From the NCBI GenBank assembly GCA_020621405.1, contig JAHRYN010000003.1, forward strand, positions 170,808-194,807: a stretch of DNA of 24,000 nt. The letters run 5' to 3'. The position numbers and the translations under genes were made by a program. The notes beneath the pieces are model-generated. The model was not told the origin of the DNA. It made no database searches and saw only the letters and a list, made by a program, of their open reading frames with translations. Origin of the DNA: Betaproteobacteria bacterium (GTDB taxonomy: Bacteria > Pseudomonadota > Gammaproteobacteria > Burkholderiales > Rhodocyclaceae). Below, in pieces: positions 16,340-23,618 of the stretch (positions are counted from its first letter, which is position 1; each line of letters begins with the position of its first letter).

Positions 16340-17083
16340 ATGAAGCTGGCACTGATCACCGACATACACGCCAACCGCGAGGCCTTCGAAGCCTGCCTCG
16401 ACGAGGCACAGCGCCTGGGCGCCGACCGCTACGCCTTTCTCGGCGACTTCGTCGGCTATGGCGCCGACCCGGCCTGGGTGGTCGAACGGGTACGCGCGCT
16501 GGTCGCCGATGGCGCCATCGCGGTCCGGGGCAACCACGACGAAGCCGTGGTGCGCGGCGTGCGCGAGAGCATGAACAGCGACGCGCAGCATGTCGTTGAG
16601 TGGACGCGCGGCCAGCTCGACGATGGCCAGCTCGACTTCCTGTCCCGCCTGCCCTATGCGATGGAGCGCTACAACAGCCTGTTCGTGCACGCCAACGCCT
16701 ACGCGCCGCAAGCCTGGGAATACGTGACCGGCCGCTCGGAAGCGGTGCACAGCCTGCATGCGACGACGGCGCCCTACACCTTCGCCGGCCACGTGCATGA
16801 GCCGCAGCTGTACAACCTGTCCGGCCTGGGCAAGATCGCCGACTTCACGCCGACCCCCGGCATCGCCATCCCGGTGCCGGCGCACCGCCAGTGGTTCGTA
16901 CTGCCCGGTTCGGCCGGCCAGCCGCGCGACGGCAATCCGGCCGCGTGCTGGGCGCTGTTCGAGCCGGAGCGCTCGCTGCTGACTTTCCACCGCGTGCCGT
17001 ACGACATCGATACGGCCGCCGACAAGATATTCGCGGCCGGCCTGCCGCCGCGGCTGGGCGAACGGCTCAAGGAGGGACTCTGA
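16340..17083 (+). CDS. Metallophosphoesterase (calcineurin-like fold; YfcE/MJ0936-like layout)
   Basis: 'MKLALITDIHAN' (DxH), 'FLGDFVGYG' (GD), 'AVRGNHDE' (GNHD/E) and 'FAGHVHEP' (GH). GGAG at 16326-16329 lies upstream of the ATG at 16340. Confidence 0.85.
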   Translation: MKLALITDIHANREAFEACLDEAQRLGADRYAFLGDFVGYGADPAWVVERVRALVADGAIAVRGNHDEAVVRGVRESMNSDAQHVVEWTRGQLDDGQLDFLSRLPYAMERYNSLFVHANAYAPQAWEYVTGRSEAVHSLHATTAPYTFAGHVHEPQLYNLSGLGKIADFTPTPGIAIPVPAHRQWFVLPGSAGQPRDGNPAACWALFEPERSLLTFHRVPYDIDTAADKIFAAGLPPRLGERLKEGL

Positions 17084-17084
17084 A

Positions 17085-18554
17085 GTGTCCGACAACGAAC
17101 AGGCAGACGCCGCGCCGGTGGCGCGTTACGGTCCGCTCGAAGCGGGTCAGGTGATAGACGGCTTCCGGCTGGAAGAGCACCTGCATCAGGGCGGCATGGC
17201 CAATCTGTGGCGGGTCACCCACCCGGACCATGCGCTGCCGATGATCATGAAGGTGCCGCGCATCAAGGGCGGCGAAGACCCGGCCACCATCGTCGGCTTC
17301 GAAGTCGAACAGATGATCCTGCCGATACTGCGCGGCGCGCATGTGCCGCTGTTCATCGCCAAGGGCGACTTCACGGCCCGACCCTACATCGTGATGGAGC
17401 ACATCGACGGCCCGTCGCTGCGCCCGCGGCTGGACCACGCGCCGCTGCCGGTCGATGAGGTGGTCGGCGTCGGCGCGCGCGTCGCCACCGCACTGCACGA
17501 CCTGCACCGGCAGCATCTGGTCCATCTCGACGTCAAGCCCAGCAACATCATGTTCCGGCCGGACGGCACCGCGGTCATGGTCGACTTCGGCCTGTCGCGC
17601 CATGACCACCTGCCCGACCTGCTGGACGAGGAATTCACGCTGCCGATGGGCACCGGCCCCTACATGTCGCCGGAGCAGATCCAGTTCGTGCGCGACGAAC
17701 CGCGCAGCGACCTGTTCGCGCTCGGCGTCATGCTCTATTACATGCTGACCGGCAAGCGGCCTTTCGGCCAGCCCGACAGCGTGCGCGGGCTGCGCGAGCG
17801 CCTGTACCGCGAACCGGTGCCGCCGCGCGTGCTGCGCCCGGACTGCCCGCCCTGGCTGCAGGAAATCATCCTGCGCTGCCTCGAGGTCGATCCGGAGAAG
17901 CGCCACGACACCGCGGCAATGCTGGCATTCGACCTGACCCACCCCGAGCAGGTGGCCCTCACCGCGCGGGCCACGCGCATGCAGGCCGGCGGACGCATCG
18001 ACACCTTCCGCCGCTGGTTTGCCGCGGTCGGCAACGAGCCCAAGGAACGCGGCAACGCCTCGTCGAACATCGCCCAGCACACCATCGTGATGGCGGCGGT
18101 CGACGTTGCCGGCGCCACGCCCGGCCTGATGGAGGCCCTGCGCGAAGCGCTGCAGCGCTCGCTGCAGAACGAGCGCTCGGCGCGGCTGGCCTGCGTCACC
18201 GTGATGAAGACCAAGCGCATCGGACTGGACGAACTGACCGACAAGGCCGGCGAAAGCGTGCACGTGAAGCTGCTGGTGCAGCTCAAGCACTGGGCGCGGC
18301 CGCTGGTGCAGGCACTGCAGCTCGACGACCCGGCGCGCGGCGCCGGCGTGACCTATCAGGTGCTCGAAGCACCGGACCCAGCCAATGCCATCGTCGAATT
18401 CGCGCGGCGCAACGCGGTGGACCACATCGTCATGGGCGCGCGCAGCAGTTCGGCGATGCGCCGCTTCCTCGGCAGCGTGTCGGCACGCGTCGTCGCCGAG
18501 TCGGACTGCAGCGTGACCGTCGTGCGCGACATGGCGGGGCGCGGCACGTCCTGA
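17085..18554 (+). CDS. Hanks-type Ser/Thr protein kinase (non-RD) fused to a C-terminal universal stress protein (USP) domain
   Basis: Kinase motifs are 'MIMKVP' (Lys), 'HLDVKPSNIMF' (catalytic loop, nt 17521-17550), 'DFGLS' and 'PYMSPEQ'. The C-terminal ~150 aa end 'AIVEFARRNAVDHIVMGARSSSAMRRFLGSVSARVVAESDCSVTVV' (USP-like). The GTG start at 17085 follows a strong SD AAGGAGG (17069-17075) and is 1 nt after the upstream stop. Confidence 0.85.
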   Translation: MSDNEQADAAPVARYGPLEAGQVIDGFRLEEHLHQGGMANLWRVTHPDHALPMIMKVPRIKGGEDPATIVGFEVEQMILPILRGAHVPLFIAKGDFTARPYIVMEHIDGPSLRPRLDHAPLPVDEVVGVGARVATALHDLHRQHLVHLDVKPSNIMFRPDGTAVMVDFGLSRHDHLPDLLDEEFTLPMGTGPYMSPEQIQFVRDEPRSDLFALGVMLYYMLTGKRPFGQPDSVRGLRERLYREPVPPRVLRPDCPPWLQEIILRCLEVDPEKRHDTAAMLAFDLTHPEQVALTARATRMQAGGRIDTFRRWFAAVGNEPKERGNASSNIAQHTIVMAAVDVAGATPGLMEALREALQRSLQNERSARLACVTVMKTKRIGLDELTDKAGESVHVKLLVQLKHWARPLVQALQLDDPARGAGVTYQVLEAPDPANAIVEFARRNAVDHIVMGARSSSAMRRFLGSVSARVVAESDCSVTVVRDMAGRGTS

Positions 18555-18564
18555 GGCGGGTACC

Positions 18565-19416
18565 TCATTGCCCGGCCGGTCCGGCGGGCAACACCCGCAG
18601 TGCCGTGACCCAGGGCTCGAGCCGCCGGCCCCAGGCGATGTCCGCCTCGAAGCGCTGCCCGTCTGCACGCCCGGTCATGCGGTCCGCCCCATCCAGACCA
18701 CCGCGCAGACTTTCCGGCACGGAGATGCTGCCGACCGACAGCGACTCGATCCACCCCGATGCGACAACGCCCTTGTCGCCATGGGTGACATGAGGCCGGA
18801 TGCGGCCACCCACGATCAGGTGGCGGTTGCGGTCCGGATAGCGTGTGCGCAGCGCTGCCGCATCGAGCCCTGCATCAATGGCGAACAGGCGCGAAAAGGT
18901 GTCGCGCTCGCGCTGCAGGTTTTCGCGCGCCGCCTGCAGCGCCTGGGCGCCCTGCTTGTCGTCCGGCAGTTCCCTTTCGGCGCGTTTTTCGGCGCGTTCG
19001 ACCCGCTGTGCAGCTCGTTCGAGCGCAGCCTTGTAGGCCGGTCCGGCAAGTTCGAGTACCAGCACCACCTCGCGGCTGGACGCACGCCCCCGGTCGTCGG
19101 CACGCAGATCGAAGCCGAGCGCGCGCAGCTTGCCGGCGTCCAGCCATGCCGGCGTACCGTCGGTCGAACCCTGCAGCAGATCGTATTCGCGATTGTCCGG
19201 TGACACCGGCATGCGCCATTGCAGCGTCAGCGACAGTCCGCTGCGTTCGCGCTCCATGCCCCACATGTAAGGCAGGCGCAGTTCTCGCTGCGTCAGCGTG
19301 AGCGTGCTGTCCGGCGCGCCGGAGCGGTTCCACGCCACACCGCCGAGCGCCAGCGCATTGACGACGACGATGAGCACCGCCCCGGCGACCAGAAGCTTCC
19401 GCTGTACCCGGTTCAT
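18565..19416 (-). CDS. Hypothetical protein, N-terminal signal-anchor, ~283 aa (possibly DUF4824-like; not verifiable here)
   Basis: Starts 'MNRVQRKLLVAGAVLIVVVNALALGGVAW'. GGGAG lies 7 nt upstream of the ATG at 19414-19416. The ATG overlaps the upstream gene's stop (ATGA). There is a charged coiled-coil-like middle 'ALERAAQRVERAEKRAERELPDDKQGAQALQAARENLQRERD'. The ORF-track entry 18565-19995 is an in-frame extension into the upstream gene. Confidence 0.65.
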   Translation of the reverse strand: MNRVQRKLLVAGAVLIVVVNALALGGVAWNRSGAPDSTLTLTQRELRLPYMWGMERERSGLSLTLQWRMPVSPDNREYDLLQGSTDGTPAWLDAGKLRALGFDLRADDRGRASSREVVLVLELAGPAYKAALERAAQRVERAEKRAERELPDDKQGAQALQAARENLQRERDTFSRLFAIDAGLDAAALRTRYPDRNRHLIVGGRIRPHVTHGDKGVVASGWIESLSVGSISVPESLRGGLDGADRMTGRADGQRFEADIAWGRRLEPWVTALRVLPAGPAGQ

Positions 19417-20489
19417 CGCAGCGCTCCCTGCCGTGCGGCGGCCGCGCGCAGCCGCTTGAGCACCATGATCACCAGCAGTGCCGACAGGCCGAGCACCATG
19501 AAAAACAGGTACTTGGGCATCATCACCCACCACCAGTCGAAGAACTTCGTGTAGAGGAAGATGACGAAGAACACCACTGCGGTATTCATCACTTCCGGCC
19601 AGCCCTGTCGTGCGCCGGCCCAGGCCAGTGCCGCGCCGGCAATGAATCCGAGCAGCTGATAGATGACTTCCACCGTGTCCGCATCGAGTGCGAGATAGCT
19701 GCCTTCCCCCCAGTGCCCGAGCACCAGCATGGGCAGGAATAGCGCCAGCAGCGCGGTCAACCGGTAGGTCGCATCGAAGCCGGGGTGGCGGCGATGACTG
19801 ATCAGCCACGGCATGGCGAACATTGCGAGCGCGGCCGGAAAGAAATTCTCCGGCCGTTCGCCGACACTGAGCCAGTACATGCCGCCCCAGGCGCCGACCC
19901 GCGCCGCAATGAAACCGGTCACGCACAGCAGCCCCGCCACCAGCAGCAGACGCAGGTCGCAGCAGTACGCGAGCAGGAAGGCAAAGGCCGCCCACGGCAG
20001 CAAGGCCTTGTCCGATGGCGTGATGTTGAAGGTGTCGCCGAGCAGTGCGAGATTCAGCACGAAACAGGCGAAGGCGACCATGGCCGCCAGCTTGGTGAAA
20101 TAGCCTGCGCCCTCGCGCCCGTGCAGCCAGACTGTGACCAGCAGGCTGAGCAGCGAGGCGGACAGCAGCACCGCCACCTGGACCGGTTCGGCAAACATCG
20201 CCCAGAACTGGTTGAACAGGAAGAACACGCTGGCCGCAAGCGCCAGCGCACCGAGGAAGGACGCGATGCGCAGGCCCAGCGAAAGCTGACGCGAACGGAT
20301 ATTGGTATCGACGTCGTGACGGGCCGACAGCTGCGCCAGCAGCGCATCGTGGTGCGCCCGCACCGCGCTGCGCCGACCATCGTCGAGCGCCAGCACGTGC
20401 TCGCCCTCCAGTCGCGCCAGTTCGCGCCGGAACACGTGGATGTCGTCGACGCGCTGCTGCGCCTCGGTCCGAGACAGATCCTCGTTCAT
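19413..20489 (-). CDS. Polytopic inner-membrane protein of unknown function (DUF2157-like layout: soluble helical N-terminus plus ~9-10 TM helices)
   Basis: 358 aa. The N-terminal ~75 aa are hydrophilic ('MNEDLSRTEAQQRVDDIHVFRRELARLEGEHVL...'). The rest is a series of hydrophobic helices. Third codon positions are strongly G/C. Confidence 0.7.
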   Translation of the reverse strand: MNEDLSRTEAQQRVDDIHVFRRELARLEGEHVLALDDGRRSAVRAHHDALLAQLSARHDVDTNIRSRQLSLGLRIASFLGALALAASVFFLFNQFWAMFAEPVQVAVLLSASLLSLLVTVWLHGREGAGYFTKLAAMVAFACFVLNLALLGDTFNITPSDKALLPWAAFAFLLAYCCDLRLLLVAGLLCVTGFIAARVGAWGGMYWLSVGERPENFFPAALAMFAMPWLISHRRHPGFDATYRLTALLALFLPMLVLGHWGEGSYLALDADTVEVIYQLLGFIAGAALAWAGARQGWPEVMNTAVVFFVIFLYTKFFDWWWVMMPKYLFFMVLGLSALLVIMVLKRLRAAAARQGALR

Positions 20490-20582
20490 GCGCGTTGCCC
20501 GAATGTCATCGCGGCATCATGCCACGGCCCGCCGTCCGGCTGTCGTGGGGCACAATACGGTCTTGTCGATGCCGGAGCCGGC

Positions 20583-20789
20583 ATGCACCAACAGAACATT
20601 CCCCTGCTGCGCGGCAGCCTGCGCGCACTCAAGATCATCCTGCTGACCTTCACCGGCATCGGGCGCAAACGCATGATCCAGACCACCACCGAAGGCCTCG
20701 GGCCGCAGCACTTCCTGCTCGGCGGCCTGTTCGCCGCCATCCTGGTCAATCTCGCGCTGGGCACCCTGGTCTATCTGGCCGTGCATTGA
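20583..20789 (+). CDS. Small membrane protein, DUF2970-like (68 aa)
   Basis: 'MHQQNIPLLRGSLRALKIILLTFTGIGRKRMIQTTTEGLGPQHFLLGGLFAAILVNLALGTLVYLAVH' has two hydrophobic segments flanking a basic loop. GGAG at 20574-20577 is 5 nt before the ATG at 20583. It is the 3' part of ORF-track entry 19785-20789. Confidence 0.65.
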   Translation: MHQQNIPLLRGSLRALKIILLTFTGIGRKRMIQTTTEGLGPQHFLLGGLFAAILVNLALGTLVYLAVH

Positions 20790-20802
20790 TCCGGCCGGAT
20801 CA
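20787..20802. repeat. Perfect 16-bp palindrome TGATCCGGCCGGATCA whose two ends are the stop codons of convergent genes
   Basis: Read directly. TGA (20787-20789) ends the DUF2970-like gene, and TCA (20800-20802) is the stop of the minus-strand methyltransferase. It could form a 6-bp stem with a GGCC loop in either transcript. Confidence 0.9.
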
Positions 20803-21942
20803 GGACGTCCGCACAGTCAGCCGCCACAAGGTCGTCACTTCAGCCGCGCGCGCCGCATGCAGCGGATCGCTGGCATCGGCCGCCTTCGGGTGACGCGGTC
20901 GCGCATCAAGCCGGCCGACCACCTTCAGCCCGGCAGCCTCGATCCAGTCATTCAGGTCGTTCGGCGCGCGCAGGCCTAGGTGCTCGGCGAAATCGGACAT
21001 GATGAGCCAGCCTTCTCCCCCCGGCCCCAGATGGCTGGGCAGCCCTGCGAGAAAGCCTTTGAGCATGCGGCTGTCCGGGTCGTACACCGCGTGTTCCAGC
21101 GGCGAACTCGGACGTGCCGGCAGCCAGGGCGGATTGCACACCACCAGCGGCGCCAGCCCTTCGGGAAACAGGTCGGCCGCGATCACCTCGACCTGCGCCT
21201 GCAGCCCCAGTCGTGCGACGTTGTCGCGGGCACAGGCCAGCGCCCGCTCGTCCTGGTCGGTGGCAATCACGCGCGCCACGCCGCGGCGCGCCAGCACCGC
21301 CGCAAGCACCCCGGTTCCGGTACCGATGTCGAACGCCCGCGACGCCTTCTTCAGTGCCGCCGGCAGTGGCGCCTTCGCCACCAGATCGACGTACTCGCCG
21401 CGCACCGGTGAAAACACGCCGTAATGCGGATGGATGCGCGCCCCCAGCGCCGGAATATCGACGCCGTTCCGGCGCCATTCGTAGGCGCTGATAATGCCCA
21501 GCAGCTCACGCAGTGAACACACATACGGCGCTGACGCTTCGCCGTGCGCCTGCGTGCAGGCCTCGACTACATCAGGCGCCCGGCGCAGCGGAATGACGTG
21601 ACCGGCCTCGAACGGAATCAGCAGCATGCCCAGCGTACGTGCCCGCTGCGACTGCGCCAGCCGGTGCTGATTGAACGCATCGCGCGGCGTGGCCGCCGGC
21701 TTGCGCGGCTTGCGGTCGACGCGGCGCACCAGCGCCTGCAGCAGCTGGCGAGCGTTCTGAAAGTCACCGCGCCACAGCAACGCCGTCCCTTCGCTGGCCA
21801 GCCGGAACGCCGAATCGGCATTCATCGTGTCATCGGCAACGACCACACGCTTCGGCGGCGCCACGCCGGCTTCGGACTGCCAGCGGATGCTGCGTTCGAC
21901 GTCACTTTCGATCCAGCCGAGTTCGGCGGTCATGACCGGCAC
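20800..21942 (-). CDS. Class I SAM-dependent methyltransferase with NPPW catalytic motif and ~190-aa N-terminal extension
   Basis: Motif I is 'AFDIGTGTGVLAAVLARRG', followed by 'VIATDQDERAL', and motif IV is 'VVCNPPWLP'. The start is ambiguous: GTG 21942 or ATG 21933. Confidence 0.8.
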   Translation of the reverse strand: MPVMTAELGWIESDVERSIRWQSEAGVAPPKRVVVADDTMNADSAFRLASEGTALLWRGDFQNARQLLQALVRRVDRKPRKPAATPRDAFNQHRLAQSQRARTLGMLLIPFEAGHVIPLRRAPDVVEACTQAHGEASAPYVCSLRELLGIISAYEWRRNGVDIPALGARIHPHYGVFSPVRGEYVDLVAKAPLPAALKKASRAFDIGTGTGVLAAVLARRGVARVIATDQDERALACARDNVARLGLQAQVEVIAADLFPEGLAPLVVCNPPWLPARPSSPLEHAVYDPDSRMLKGFLAGLPSHLGPGGEGWLIMSDFAEHLGLRAPNDLNDWIEAAGLKVVGRLDARPRHPKAADASDPLHAARAAEVTTLWRLTVRTS

Positions 21943-22158
21943 GAGCGGAAACAGGGAACAAGGGCAGCGAACAGTGGCATGGCAGATCCGTCTTTGAAAA
22001 CTGGAGCGCGCACGCTACACGATAAGCCGACCTGGTGCGATGCCTACCGACCGGACTCTGGCAATACGCCCCCGGGATCGGCGTCGCTCGCACCGATTAC
22101 GGCTTCATGCTCCCCTTCGTCAGGCGTCAACCGGTTAGCCCCGGTTCACCAGACCACG

Positions 22159-23400
22159 TCAGCTGCGGTAGTCCGCGTTGATCTTGACGTAGTCGTAGCT
22201 GAAATCGCAGGTCCAGCAGGTGGCACGCGCGTCGCCTCGGCCGAGGGCGACGCGGATGGTGATTTCGGCCGGTGCCATGGCCGCTGCACCCTGCTCTTCC
22301 TTGTAGTCCGGGTTGCGTCCGCCATCCTTCGACACCAGGAAGTCGCCGATCCACAGGCTCACCCTCGACGTGTCGAGGTCGGCCAGCGGCGGGTGATTCT
22401 GCGCGGCGTTGCCGACGGCGGCCAAGATGCGGCCCAGATTGGGGTCGGACGCGAAGAAAGCGGTCTTGACCAGCGGCGAGTGGGCGATCGCGTAGCCGAC
22501 CGCCTTGCACTCGGCGACATCGCGCCCGCCTTCGATTTCGATGGTGATGAACTTGGTTGCGCCTTCGCCGTCACGCACGATGGCCTGCGCCAGTTCGGCC
22601 GCCAGCGAGGTCACGGCATCGGCCAGCGCCTTGCCGGCGGCGCTGTCCAGCGACGTGATCTCGGCGTTGCCGGCGGTACCCGAGGCAATCAGCATGAAGG
22701 AGTCGTTGGTCGAGGTGTCGCCGTCGACCGTGATGCAGTTGAACGAACGGTCTGCGGCGTACTTGACCATCGCTTCCAGCGCCGCCTGCGACACCGCCGC
22801 GTCGGTCGCCATGAAACCCAGCATGGTCGCCATGTTCGGCTTGATCATGCCGGCGCCCTTGCTGATGCCGCTCAGCGTGATGGTGCGGCCATCAATGGTC
22901 ACCCGGCGGGACGCGACCTTGGCCACCGTGTCGGTGGTCATGATGGCGTGCGCGGCGGCGTGCCAGTTGGCTTCGTCCAGATCGTCCATGCAGGCCGGAA
23001 TGCCGCGCTCGATGCGGTCCACCGGCAGCGCTTCCATGATGACGCCGGTCGAGAACGGCAGCACCTGTTCCGGCGCCAGGCTCAGCGCACGGGCGACCGC
23101 GATGCAGGTCGCACGCGCGGCGACCAGCCCCGGCTCGCCGGTACCGGCGTTGGCGATACCGGTATTGATCACCAGCGCACGGATGTCGCTGCGCGACAGA
23201 TGGTCACGGCACACCTGGACCGGCGCCGCGCAGAAGCGGTTGACCGTAAATACGCCAGCCACGCGCGCGCCGGGCGCCAGCGAAATCAGGCACAGGTCGC
23301 GCCGGTTGGCCTTGCGGATGCCGGCCTGGGCGATGCCCAGGCGCACGCCGGCGACCGGCAGGATGGTTTCGGCGGGAGGCGTCTGGTAGTTCACGGGCAT
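22159..23400 (-). CDS. argJ: Bifunctional glutamate N-acetyltransferase / amino-acid acetyltransferase
   Basis: 413 aa. '[13 protein letters not shown]...TTDTVAK...[24 protein letters not shown]' contains the self-cleavage ATML site. The C-terminus is '[16 protein letters not shown]'. Confidence 0.95.
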   Translation of the reverse strand: MPVNYQTPPAETILPVAGVRLGIAQAGIRKANRRDLCLISLAPGARVAGVFTVNRFCAAPVQVCRDHLSRSDIRALVINTGIANAGTGEPGLVAARATCIAVARALSLAPEQVLPFSTGVIMEALPVDRIERGIPACMDDLDEANWHAAAHAIMTTDTVAKVASRRVTIDGRTITLSGISKGAGMIKPNMATMLGFMATDAAVSQAALEAMVKYAADRSFNCITVDGDTSTNDSFMLIASGTAGNAEITSLDSAAGKALADAVTSLAAELAQAIVRDGEGATKFITIEIEGGRDVAECKAVGYAIAHSPLVKTAFFASDPNLGRILAAVGNAAQNHPPLADLDTSRVSLWIGDFLVSKDGGRNPDYKEEQGAAAMAPAEITIRVALGRGDARATCWTCDFSYDYVKINADYRS

Positions 23401-23572
23401 GGCAGGCTCATCCAGTCAGGCAAAGCGCGCAGTTTACACGCCGCGCCGCGCCTTCTCGCCCGCACTGCGCACGCGCCCGTCCCGGCATGGGACCAGGGCC
23501 TGTTGGTCTTGATGGTCCGAACGGATTATCCGGGCTTCATGGCAGTGAAAAGCGCCCCGCATACCGTGCGCG

Positions 23573-23589
23573 TGTAACGCTTTGTTACA
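23573..23589. promoter_or_regulatory. Perfect inverted repeat TGTAAC-GCTTT-GTTACA; putative operator upstream of the secreted phytase-like gene
   Basis: Read directly. It lies 30-46 nt upstream of the ATG at 23619 in an AT-richer patch. The core GTAACGCTTTGTTAC matches the 6922-6936 box at 12 of 15 positions. Confidence 0.3.
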
Positions 23590-23618
23590 AACGCCTCGCC
23601 CACGGAAAAGGATCCGCC

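Noticed and set aside
14590-17083. apaG, a methyltransferase and a metallophosphoesterase as an echo of the E. coli rsmA-apaG-apaH operon
   Set aside because: The 202-aa methyltransferase is too short and lacks RsmA/KsgA features. The esterase lacks the GDxHG motif of ApaH and looks YfcE-like. The genes are in separate transcription units interrupted by a minus-strand gene. The resemblance is probably coincidental.
17067-18668. 533-aa minus-strand ORF
   Set aside because: It is antisense to the Ser/Thr kinase-USP gene, which has clear catalytic motifs and a strong SD. It is a shadow ORF.
19417-19995. In-frame 193-codon upstream extension of the 283-aa gene (ORF-track 18565-19995)
   Set aside because: It overlaps the polytopic membrane protein gene in another frame and is Arg/Gly-rich. 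The internal ATG at 19416 has a GGGAG SD and is followed by a signal-anchor.
21930-21980. 16-codon minus-strand uORF (MPLFAALVPCFRSCRS) whose TGA overlaps the ATG at 21933 of the methyltransferase, plus a 3-codon mini-ORF (MKP) with a GGGGAG SD further upstream in the argJ / methyltransferase spacer
   Set aside because: The 16-codon ORF has no SD and nothing beyond position suggests function. I cannot distinguish it from chance. It is noted only because it slightly favours ATG 21933 as the methyltransferase start.
21544-23577. 677-aa plus-strand ORF
   Set aside because: It is antisense to argJ and to the 5' end of the methyltransferase, with no motifs. It is a shadow ORF. The same reasoning applies to 8327-9409, 9556-10374, 11567-12739, 13813-14463, 14815-15972, 15720-16343, 16256-17095 and the 5' part of 19785-20789.
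23487-23618. In-frame upstream ATG that would extend the phytase-like protein by 44 residues
   Set aside because: The extension has only 19/43 G/C third positions (hand count), contains the operator-like palindrome, and would bury the signal peptide. ATG 23619 has an AAAGGA SD.
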